25,128 bases of DNA from Nanobdellota archaeon (lineage in GTDB: Archaea > Nanobdellota > Nanobdellia > Pacearchaeales > GW2011-AR1). Positions 8,230 through 16,089 of this stretch are shown in pieces. The DNA is taken from positions 1 to 25,128 of the forward strand of contig JBFYLU010000075.1 of the NCBI GenBank assembly GCA_041305285.1. Reading direction: 5' to 3'. The position numbers and the translations under genes are program-made. A model generated the notes under the pieces. It saw nothing but the letters and a program-made list of their open reading frames with translations, made no database searches and was not told the origin of the DNA. Each line of letters begins with the position of its first letter. Positions within the stretch are counted from its first letter, which is position 1.

Positions 8230-8466
8230 ATGAGCATAACTTTGAGCCCATGTGAAGAAAGAGTTTTTGTCACAGAATACGCAATAACAGAAAGAATGCA
8301 TCTTAAAGATATTCCAGAATCACAATTAAAACAAATTATTGATGTCCTTAAAATTACTTGCTCTTGTGCTGATAATTCTTGTTATAAAACCATTGAAGAA
8401 ATGGTGGATAATTTTCCTCCTAAATTAGATAAAGCAATACTAAGATATTATGGACTTTGTTATTAA
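8230..8466 (+). CDS. Hypothetical protein (~78 aa)
   Basis: ATG is 1 nt after the infB stop. No motif recognised. Confidence 0.5.
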   Translation: MSITLSPCEERVFVTEYAITERMHLKDIPESQLKQIIDVLKITCSCADNSCYKTIEEMVDNFPPKLDKAILRYYGLCY

Positions 8467-9551
8467 TTGCTTCTCAATCTAAGTTTTCTTTGAGTGGCTT
8501 TGAACTCTGGTGTTGGCTCTTTTCTTAAAAAAGCAGGCATTGCAAAGTTAAAAAATTCCTGTCCTGCTTTGTCTATCATTGCATCTGTTCCAACAAGCTC
8601 CAATTTCTTGGCACATGCATATTTTAAATCACATGAATCACATTTTCTTCCTCTTTCAGGATAAATATTCCCTGCTGTGACAGCTTCTTCTGTTCCTATA
8701 ATCATCTTTAAAACTTCTTCAAAATGCTCATTTTTCCTGTCAGACGCAACAACAACATTTGGCATTGTTTTTATCTTTGGGTTATTTGCATCAATTCCAA
8801 GAGCATCAATCATGAAAAATTCAACAACAAAATCAGGATGAATAAAATTAGGATGCCCCATGAATGTCTCAACAACTTGTTTTTCTAGTCCTAATCTCTC
8901 TGCAATTTCAGGATAATGTTTGCATAAGGAACACAATCCAACATTATACATTGTTAGTTGAGGGTCAAAAAAAGATTTCATGTCACCAACCCATGGATTT
9001 CCTGACTTGTAGTCTCTAATCACAACTTTTCCATCTCTTTTTCTAATATCATCCATTCTTCCTGTAAATCTCCTGTTTCCAAGAACAAAATCAAAAGGCA
9101 ATTCACTAAACTCTGGTTTTCCTTCCTTCATAAGATAATCAAACAAAGGCACGCATATTCTTGGAAGAGTTCCATTTACCTGCCATGCTTCTCCATCAAA
9201 CTTCCAATTAATTAATCTCCCTTCATTTCTTTCAGCTTCCTGCTCTAGTTCTTTTGTTGCATACTCTTCTCTTAGTTTCTTGTCTGCTATGATTATTCTT
9301 TTCCATTTCCCTTGAGAGTAGTTTGAAAAACTCTCAGCATCATGGTATTTTTTTCCAGAACTCTTCTTTGCAACCTCATCAGGTGTTCCTAATTTATCCC
9401 AGAAATTATCTATTAGAGCATGCAATAAAGAGCCTCTAACATAAGCAGATAATCTCAATGGCTTTGGCTTGTCTGAATCAACATAATTAAGATAATACCT
9501 CATTCTGCAATAATTAGCAACATTAATCCTTGTAGCACTCCACTTAATCAT
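8463..9551 (-). CDS. PD-(D/E)XK nuclease, Cas4/AddB/RecB-like with 4-Cys Fe-S motif
   Basis: N-terminal NYCRMRYYL, GSLLH, GRMD...IRDYKSG, QLTMY and C-terminal CDSCDLKYAC (C-x2-C-x5-C). Confidence 0.85.
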   Translation of the reverse strand: MIKWSATRINVANYCRMRYYLNYVDSDKPKPLRLSAYVRGSLLHALIDNFWDKLGTPDEVAKKSSGKKYHDAESFSNYSQGKWKRIIIADKKLREEYATKELEQEAERNEGRLINWKFDGEAWQVNGTLPRICVPLFDYLMKEGKPEFSELPFDFVLGNRRFTGRMDDIRKRDGKVVIRDYKSGNPWVGDMKSFFDPQLTMYNVGLCSLCKHYPEIAERLGLEKQVVETFMGHPNFIHPDFVVEFFMIDALGIDANNPKIKTMPNVVVASDRKNEHFEEVLKMIIGTEEAVTAGNIYPERGRKCDSCDLKYACAKKLELVGTDAMIDKAGQEFFNFAMPAFLRKEPTPEFKATQRKLRLRSN

Positions 9552-9609
9552 AACTAAAAATTAATTCAGGATTTTATAAGAATTATTGTCTTGTAATAAT
9601 CAAGAAATA

Positions 9610-9927
9610 TCAATTAGTTTCAAGATTTACACACTCACTGCCTACAAGAATCTCTATCCCGCAGTTTTTAATCAATCTATTGAGTTTTCTTACATCCTGA
9701 GGAGGCATTTTGCAGATAATCCTTTGATACTCTTCTATTACTTTAGAAGCATATGCATTGAATAAAGGATTACCCTCTCTGCTTGTGTTAGCATCCCGTG
9801 CATAAACCATTAAATCATTTGTTCTCTTTTTCCATTCACTAAACGCCTCTCCAACATCCCTTAATTCAAATTTATCTCTTCCAGTAATATGATAATACCA
9901 TTCCTTAACTCTTCCTTTAATTCCCAT
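9610..9927 (-). CDS. Hypothetical protein (105 aa)
   Basis: ATG with TTTATATA beginning 29 nt upstream (9956). No motif. Confidence 0.6.
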   Translation of the reverse strand: MGIKGRVKEWYYHITGRDKFELRDVGEAFSEWKKRTNDLMVYARDANTSREGNPLFNAYASKVIEEYQRIICKMPPQDVRKLNRLIKNCGIEILVGSECVNLETN

Positions 9928-10056
9928 TAAAAAATATTTTTATTATAGTATATAAATATTTTCTTAACACAGAAACTTTATAGACAAAAGTCAAAGATAT
10001 TTTAACTATAAAACATCTAAGATAAGTTTTATAAAGCGATTTTCTCATAAATAAAT

Positions 10057-10599
10057 ATGTTTAAGTTTAATATATCAACAAAACAAGGAAAAACCTTTAA
10101 GTTAGAAGCAGAAGCTATTGGCTTGAAACAGCAAAAAATAGGGGATATTGTTAAAGGAGAAGAAATCCTGCCTGATTTGTCTGGTTATGAATTGCAAATA
10201 ACAGGAGCAAGTGATATTGCAGGATTGCCAGCTCTTGAAATAGTTGAAGGAATTGGATTAAAAAGAGTTCTTCTTGGTTTAGGAACAGCAATGCACAGGC
10301 GTCCTAAAGGAAACAAGAAAAAAATAAAACGTCCTACTAAAGGCCTTAAATTAAGAAAAACAATAAGAGGAAAAGTAATATCAGATGCAATTTCTCAGAT
10401 TAATATGAAAGTTGTAAAAGAAGGTTCAAAATCTCTGAACGCAGTTTTCCCAGAGCAAAACAAATCAGAGGCTCCTCCTGCAGAAGTCCAGGCAGAATCA
10501 GTAGTTGAAAGTCCAAAGCAAGCAGAGCAAAAAGCAGAGTTAGCTAATCCAGACAAAGAACCAAAAGAAGTTGTTGAAAAAGAAGTTGAACAGAGTTAA
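10057..10599 (+). CDS. rps6e: 30S ribosomal protein eS6 (S6e) with low-complexity acidic C-terminal extension
   Basis: FKFNIS, IGDIVKG, GYELQITGASD and LRKTIRGKVISDAISQINMKV. Confidence 0.92.
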   Translation: MFKFNISTKQGKTFKLEAEAIGLKQQKIGDIVKGEEILPDLSGYELQITGASDIAGLPALEIVEGIGLKRVLLGLGTAMHRRPKGNKKKIKRPTKGLKLRKTIRGKVISDAISQINMKVVKEGSKSLNAVFPEQNKSEAPPAEVQAESVVESPKQAEQKAELANPDKEPKEVVEKEVEQS

Positions 10600-10704
10600 A
10601 ATTCTTAGATAGGAGATAGTGCAAATAAATTAGTTTTTATTTGTTAAGATAAAGGATAGTTGAGCAATTATATTCAGATTTTTATTTCATTAATAGATTT
10701 TTAA

Positions 10705-11274
10705 TTATCCATACAAGAACGGCTTATCTACTGCAAGTTCATGAGTTACAACAGCAGTTGGAATAGAATTTGAAACCCCTATTTTAAAGTCCTTTACCTT
10801 GCCTGTTCCAAAACCTCCTTCACATCTTACATATAACTGGACTTTATCTCCAGTATTAACATTAATATTTTCATAAAAAGTCCTGTAGGAAGAACTAGTT
10901 CCTTTATGTTGAGTTCCGTTTGCAACTCCATTTAAATAAATTCTTCCATATGAATCATAGCTTCCGCATTCAACTAAACTAAAACTAACATTAACTGTTC
11001 CAGCTTGTGCAACTTGAATCTCTTTGGTTTTATAATAAGTTCCTCCACTAATAGAAGATTCTAATGAAGAGTGCGCAATAATAACATTTCCAGGAGCAAA
11101 AGTGCTCATTTTATTAACATAATCCTGAACAGAGTCTCCATTGTTTAATGAAACTTGTGCAGCAGGATGAAAAGGAAGTGAGGTATTAACAGCAGCATAA
11201 ACTCCTGTTCCAATTAAGAATATTCCTAATACAACCAGCAAAATCTTCTTGTCTATATTCACCTCAATCTTCAT
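10705..11274 (-). CDS. Membrane-anchored/secreted beta-rich surface protein
   Basis: N-terminal basic-then-hydrophobic segment (DKKILLVVLGIFLIGTGVYA) and a Ser/Thr/Gly/Tyr-rich beta-strand-like C-terminus. TATA begins at 11303. Confidence 0.65.
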   Translation of the reverse strand: MKIEVNIDKKILLVVLGIFLIGTGVYAAVNTSLPFHPAAQVSLNNGDSVQDYVNKMSTFAPGNVIIAHSSLESSISGGTYYKTKEIQVAQAGTVNVSFSLVECGSYDSYGRIYLNGVANGTQHKGTSSSYRTFYENINVNTGDKVQLYVRCEGGFGTGKVKDFKIGVSNSIPTAVVTHELAVDKPFLYG

Positions 11275-11552
11275 ATCTTAAATAATATTAGGGAGTATTT
11301 AAAGATTTTTATCTGTTTTTATTAGCTACAAACAATTAATATTTTATTAATTCAACAAACATTTAAGATTTAAGAGGCTATTGCAAGATAGTTGCTCTAG
11401 TCAAATGACTGTGTTGATTTATTTTATCCAAAAAGAGGTGATAATAACTTCCAACTTATCTGCTGATTATCCAATTAATTATCTTCTAACTCAAAAAGAG
11501 GGGATAATTTTAATTCAATAACTTTAAAAAACTCCTTCAATAACATATTTCT

Positions 11553-12740
11553 ATGAACAAAGAACTTCCTGAAATGAATGTTGGTGTTGTCGGGCATATT
11601 GACCACGGAAAGACAACTCTTCTTAGCAAGCTTTCTGGAAAATTCACAGACACTCATTCAGAAGAACTAAAGAGAGGAATCACAATAAAACTAGGTTATG
11701 CAGACGCAACTATTTCTAATGACAATGGTTTTTACAACATTCAGGGAAAAGGCACTCCAGTCAGATACATAAGCTTCATAGACGCTCCAGGACATGAGAT
11801 GCTAATGGCTACAATGCTTTCAGGAGCAGCAATAATTGATGCTGCAATTCTCGTGATTGCTGCAAATGAAGGAATAAAACCTCAAACAAAAGAGCATTTT
11901 GCAGCTTTGCAAGCCAAGAACATAAAGAACATTATTATTGTCCAGAATAAAATAGATTTAGTAAGCAAAGAGCAGGCATTAAAGAGCTACAATGAAGTAA
12001 AAAAATTCATAAAAGGAACTATTGCAGAAAACTCCCCTGTTATCCCAATATCTGCTCAGCAAGAAATCAACATAGACAAGATACTTGAAGAACTAGCTAA
12101 GTTCAAGATTCCAGAAAGAGATTCAAAGGGAAATCCAATTTTTCTTGTTGCAAGAAGTTTTGACATAAACAAGCCAGGAACACAAATAAAAAATCTTCAT
12201 GGAGGAGTTCTTGGAGGAATATTAAAAAAAGGAACATTAAAAGTCGGAGATGAGATTGAAATCAAGCCAGGATTAACAATAAAAAAACACAATGAACAAA
12301 TTTACAAGCCACTAATAACAAAAATAATCTCTCTTCATAAGGGAAAAGATTCTGTGGATGAAATTGTTCCTGGAACAAGCATTTCAATTGAAACAGAGCT
12401 TGACCCATCACTGACAAAATCAGATTCATTGATTGGATGCCTTGCTTCAAAAAAATCAATTCTTCCAGAAATAACCTACAAAATCAAGATAAAAGAAAAA
12501 CTCTTGGAACATGTATTTGGAACAGCAGACAATCAAAAAGTAGAGCCAATAAAGCCTACTGAAATGCTCATGTTTTCAATAAACACAACAATAACTGTAG
12601 GAAAAGTAGAGAAAATAAAAGACAATGTTCTTGAAGTCTTGCTAAAGATTCCAATCATCTCATTGGCAGGAGACAATGTTGGAATTGCAAGAAATATTAA
12701 TAATCACTGGCGTTTGATTGGCTGGGGAACCTTGGAATAA
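11553..12740 (+). CDS. eif2g: Translation initiation factor aIF2 gamma subunit
   Basis: NVGVVGHIDHGKTTL, HSEELKRGITIKLGY, FIDAPGHEMLMATMLSGAA, QNKID, ARSFDINKPG and WRLIGWG. Confidence 0.96.
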   Translation: MNKELPEMNVGVVGHIDHGKTTLLSKLSGKFTDTHSEELKRGITIKLGYADATISNDNGFYNIQGKGTPVRYISFIDAPGHEMLMATMLSGAAIIDAAILVIAANEGIKPQTKEHFAALQAKNIKNIIIVQNKIDLVSKEQALKSYNEVKKFIKGTIAENSPVIPISAQQEINIDKILEELAKFKIPERDSKGNPIFLVARSFDINKPGTQIKNLHGGVLGGILKKGTLKVGDEIEIKPGLTIKKHNEQIYKPLITKIISLHKGKDSVDEIVPGTSISIETELDPSLTKSDSLIGCLASKKSILPEITYKIKIKEKLLEHVFGTADNQKVEPIKPTEMLMFSINTTITVGKVEKIKDNVLEVLLKIPIISLAGDNVGIARNINNHWRLIGWGTLE

Positions 12741-12846
12741 TCAATCAAATACATACCTTTATAACCCTTATTTTTCTGAATATTTCATAGAATAATATAA
12801 GGCAACACATGTTTCTTTATGTTATATATCAGGAGGATAAAAACCA

Positions 12847-13011
12847 ATGGGAGAATTTAGACCAAGAAACAATTTCAATAGTTTCGGTCCACGAACAATG
12901 CACAAGGCAACTTGCAAGCAATGCGGAAAAGAATGCGAAGTTCCATTCAAGCCTACACCAGGCCGAGATGTATTTTGCAGAGATTGCTTTAGTAAAAGAA
13001 AAGCTGCTTAA
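12847..13011 (+). CDS. CxxC-x17-CxxC zinc-binding domain protein (54 aa), not in ORF track
   Basis: Own translation: MGEFRPRNNFNSFGPRTMHKATCKQCGKECEVPFKPTPGRDVFCRDCFSKRKAA. Exact CxxC-x17-CxxC spacing with the family's VPFKP motif (TIGR04272-type, recalled). AGGAGG at 12831-12836. Confidence 0.9.
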   Translation: MGEFRPRNNFNSFGPRTMHKATCKQCGKECEVPFKPTPGRDVFCRDCFSKRKAA

Positions 13012-13072
13012 TTGCACTAAACAAGATTTTTCATAAATCTTGAAACATTTTTTATTTTTTTATTATATTCCA

Positions 13073-13429
13073 TCAAGGAAGACTTACTCTTCCTTTCTTA
13101 ATCTTACTGAACACATAAGGTTTGCACAATACTTCTAAAATTTCAAGTCTGGATTTTTTATCCAAATTATCTGGAACAGAAACAGGTTTGTTTTTCTCAA
13201 GAAAATGCATTCCTTCTAAGACTCCTATCTTGTCATCTTCATTTTGCAATCTTAATTGAGAGTAAAACACTTCCAAAGCAATTAACTCTGCATATCTAAA
13301 TGCTCCCACTACAACCCTTCCATTTACCTCTGCTTTTATCTTGTAATCTGTTCTTAATAATCTATAAGATAAATCAGCTTTAAATCTCTCCCACATGGAA
13401 GTTCCAAACTCACTAAAATAGCTTCTCAT
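13073..13429 (-). CDS. Hypothetical protein (118 aa)
   Basis: Intact ORF with a TATA-like element ~30 nt upstream. No motif. Confidence 0.55.
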   Translation of the reverse strand: MRSYFSEFGTSMWERFKADLSYRLLRTDYKIKAEVNGRVVVGAFRYAELIALEVFYSQLRLQNEDDKIGVLEGMHFLEKNKPVSVPDNLDKKSRLEILEVLCKPYVFSKIKKGRVSLP

Positions 13430-13518
13430 TGTCTTAATAGCATAAGCGCGACTTTTATAAATTTTTTGAAAAAATAAACAGCAATAAAACTTATATAATG
13501 CAATTATTTTTTAAAGAA

Positions 13519-14373
13519 ATGGTGAAGATATACTCTCATTCTAGAATAAGCACTTTTGAACAATGCAGATTAAAATTCAAGTTCAAGTATATTGACAAGA
13601 TTCTTCCTGAAATAGAAAAATCAATAGAAAGCCATCTCGGAACTTGCATTCACAAAACAATGGAATGGATTTATTCCCAGGTGAAAATTGGAGAGCTTCC
13701 TTCAATAGATGATGTTATAGTTGATTACTCCAAGCACTGGAAAAGGGAGTATGTTCCTGGAATGATTATAGTGAATGAATCTCTAACTGACAAGGATTAC
13801 TTCAATAAAGGAATCCAGTTTCTCCTTGATTATTATTCAAAGCACTATCCTTTTGATGACGGAACAATTGCACTTGAAAAAGAAATAAGAATTAAGCTGG
13901 ATGAAAAAGGAAAATACGAGATAATTGGGTTTATTGACAGACTTGTAAAAAATCTTCAGACAGGAGAGTATGAAATCCATGATTACAAGACAGCAAACTC
14001 TCTTCCAACTCAAGAAAAAATGGATAGTGACAGGCAACTGGCTTTGTATGCAATTGCAATCAAAGAAATCTATGGCTATGCCAATGAAGTCTGCTTAATC
14101 TGGCACTATCTTGCGCATAATCAAAGAATCTGCTCTAAAAGAACCAATGAGCAATTAAACAAATTAAGGCAAGAAACTCTTGAATTAATAAAGCAAATAG
14201 AATCAACAAATGAATTCCCCCCAAATAAAGGAAGACTATGCGACTGGTGCGAATACAAGCAAATGTGCCCTGCATGGAACACTTCAGAAGAAAACAAACA
14301 AGATAATCAAGTTAAAGAAATTAAAGTAGATGTGAATAAATACCCGACAATCTCAAAGTATATCAAGGATTAA
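13519..14373 (+). CDS. PD-(D/E)XK nuclease, Cas4/RecB-like with 4-Cys Fe-S motif
   Basis: YSHSRISTFEQCRLKFKFKY, GTCIH, GFIDRL...IHDYKT, QLALYA and CDWCEYKQMCP. Start moved to ATG 13519 because CTTATATA begins 29 nt upstream. Confidence 0.88.
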   Translation: MVKIYSHSRISTFEQCRLKFKFKYIDKILPEIEKSIESHLGTCIHKTMEWIYSQVKIGELPSIDDVIVDYSKHWKREYVPGMIIVNESLTDKDYFNKGIQFLLDYYSKHYPFDDGTIALEKEIRIKLDEKGKYEIIGFIDRLVKNLQTGEYEIHDYKTANSLPTQEKMDSDRQLALYAIAIKEIYGYANEVCLIWHYLAHNQRICSKRTNEQLNKLRQETLELIKQIESTNEFPPNKGRLCDWCEYKQMCPAWNTSEENKQDNQVKEIKVDVNKYPTISKYIKD

Positions 14374-15362
14374 TCAGTTCCTCTTGCATGAGGCATAATC
14401 TTGCCATGAGGCATTTTAGCATCTCTAATGTCTTCTCTATCCACTCCTAAACTAAGAAGCAATGAAATTTGTTCATCTGGCAAACCTCTTATTTTAAACT
14501 CTCTTCCTTGTGATTTTATCACTCTGTAAAACTTTGCAATTGTTCCAAGAGCATCTGCATCAATTTGAGCTTTTCTAAAATCAAGATAATTAATATCTCT
14601 TCCCAATCTTTCAATTGGATGATACACATCTTCCATGACATTATCCAAACTTACTCTGCCTTTTATTGCAAGTGAATTTGCCCAGCTAATCCACCCCTTA
14701 TCAAAAAAACTCTTAGCCTCTATTTTTGGAGTTAAAACAATGCTCCCGCCCATAAATTCCCCTTCTTCAGCGCAATGAACATACCCATCTACTCTGAATC
14801 TATACCCTCCAATTTCAAAGATATTATGCGGAAATGGTATCTCTCCTTGAGCACAATCTCTGGCATGACTTTCAAAACCAAGAAGATAGTTCCAGAAATA
14901 CCTGTCTAGTCTCAGTGATTTATCCTTTGTATTTAATATTTGGCTTGGTTTTTTTCCAACTATCTCGCCCTTGTAAGAAATGCATGCTCTTGCACTTGGA
15001 TTAAAATACCTGACAACACCTTCATTATCGAGATGTATGACAAGATGAGGAGACTCTTCTTCAATGCACCTTCCAAGATTTAGGGTTGGAGAATTTTCTG
15101 TTAATGCCAGTTGTTCTTCCAAATCACTTCTTTTTACTTCAAGTTCCCTGATAATCTTGGCAAGTCTTCCAGCTTCCAATTCCAATGCAGCACAGGTTAC
15201 TATTGCCTGGCTTCCTCTTTGATAAAACTCCTCTTCTCTTCCTTTAAATGTTCTTTCCAGTTCAATATATTCAGGAGAATGCAAAACAATGTGCTCTCTT
15301 GCAGAATCAGTTAATAATAATCTGACTAATCTATCTCTTAACTCCCCTAATCTCAATCCCAT
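14370..15362 (-). CDS. Coiled-coil + PAS-like + STAS-like (anti-sigma antagonist fold) signalling protein
   Basis: Heptad-like LAKIIRELEVKRSDLEEQL. PAS-like VIHLDNEGVVRYFNPSA...EIVGKK. STAS-like LAIKGRVS...YLDFRKAQIDADALGTIAKFYRVIKSQGREFKIRGL...LLLSLGVD. The ATG at 15362 fits the TATA spacing (15391). Confidence 0.65.
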   Translation of the reverse strand: MGLRLGELRDRLVRLLLTDSAREHIVLHSPEYIELERTFKGREEEFYQRGSQAIVTCAALELEAGRLAKIIRELEVKRSDLEEQLALTENSPTLNLGRCIEEESPHLVIHLDNEGVVRYFNPSARACISYKGEIVGKKPSQILNTKDKSLRLDRYFWNYLLGFESHARDCAQGEIPFPHNIFEIGGYRFRVDGYVHCAEEGEFMGGSIVLTPKIEAKSFFDKGWISWANSLAIKGRVSLDNVMEDVYHPIERLGRDINYLDFRKAQIDADALGTIAKFYRVIKSQGREFKIRGLPDEQISLLLSLGVDREDIRDAKMPHGKIMPHARGTD

Positions 15363-15416
15363 AAATTCCACAAGAAATCTTTTTATTTAAACTTAAGTGT
15401 ATTAAACTATTCTTGT

Positions 15417-16040
15417 TTAGTCGCTTGCACGCACTCCACGAACCTCATTACGATAATAGCTAAGGCCAACGCCATAACCCTCAAGTCTGGACATGGCAGA
15501 ATTATCATCAACCCTGCAACTGCAAAGCCACGCTTGTCTTGCAAACAGCATGTTTCTAGGAGTTGCTAGATTAACCTGTATGCTTTTAATTTCATTTTCG
15601 TCAAGTAATTCTCCATATGCTTTTGCATTTTTGCCAAAAGCAAAACTTGTTAGTGCTTCATCTGCAAATCTTCTTGTTGGAATTTCAGTGTTTGTTATCT
15701 TTACAGAGTCTGCAAGTGATTCTTCTACTTGTTCATCAGTTAAATAAAAATCATTTTCCTTTCTATTTCTATCTGTTGCCTGTTTTGCATTTGCCATTAT
15801 TGGAGATTTCTTTGATAAGAAAATTCCTCTAGCTGAATCATAAATAAATGCCTCTCTTGTTATATTTGTCATTTGAGAAACACTTGAATTTATTCCTTCT
15901 TGAACTCTTAATCCTGCATTTTCCTCTAATGAGGTTATTCTATAACCCTTTGCTTCCAAGGCTTTTTTTGCCTTGTCAAAAGCTCCGAGAACATAAGCTG
16001 AATGAAGTTCTCCTCTTGCTACATCCTTTATGACCCTCAT
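15417..16040 (-). CDS. Putative DGR target (variable) protein, copy 2, lacking the 42-aa C-terminal tail
   Basis: Gap-free 132/173 aa identity to 2974-3711 up to ARQAWLC, then a different 24-aa variable segment, NEVRGVRASD and stop. Confidence 0.7.
   Translation of the reverse strand: MRVIKDVARGELHSAYVLGAFDKAKKALEAKGYRITSLEENAGLRVQEGINSSVSQMTNITREAFIYDSARGIFLSKKSPIMANAKQATDRNRKENDFYLTDEQVEESLADSVKITNTEIPTRRFADEALTSFAFGKNAKAYGELLDENEIKSIQVNLATPRNMLFARQAWLCSCRVDDNSAMSRLEGYGVGLSYYRNEVRGVRASD
15420..15521 (-). mobile_element. DGR-like variable region (15450-15521) and IMH-like segment; downstream hairpin absent
   Basis: 20 of 24 variable codons end in C/T. The 3' flank matches copy 1 through GCGAC and then becomes TAA. 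Confidence 0.55.
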
Positions 16041-16089
16041 GTTTTTTCATAAGAGATAAGGTATTTAAATATTTTTAAAGAAGGGATTA

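Noticed and set aside
11429-11508. caaaaagaggtgataat / caaaaagaggggataat repeat as Shine-Dalgarno sites of a small gene
   Set aside because: No start codon at suitable spacing and no credible ORF follows. It is kept only as context for the 11397 motif.
12809-13036. ORF-track entries 12809-13036 (+) and 12829-13017 (-)
   Set aside because: Both are shadows of the real CxxC-x17-CxxC gene in another + frame (12847-13011), which has an SD and a recognisable domain.
8463-14373. Cas4-like genes as a CRISPR-Cas locus
   Set aside because: No other cas genes or array are in the window, and the two genes are 4 kb apart among housekeeping genes.
1614-15832. Other short antisense or overlapping ORFs (1614, 3060, 3294, 6188, 6575, 7845, 11475, 12262, 13837, 15111, 15493, 15617 and similar)
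   Set aside because: They lie wholly or largely antisense to better-supported genes. The similarity of 3294-3518 to 15617-15832 only mirrors the paralogy on the coding strand.
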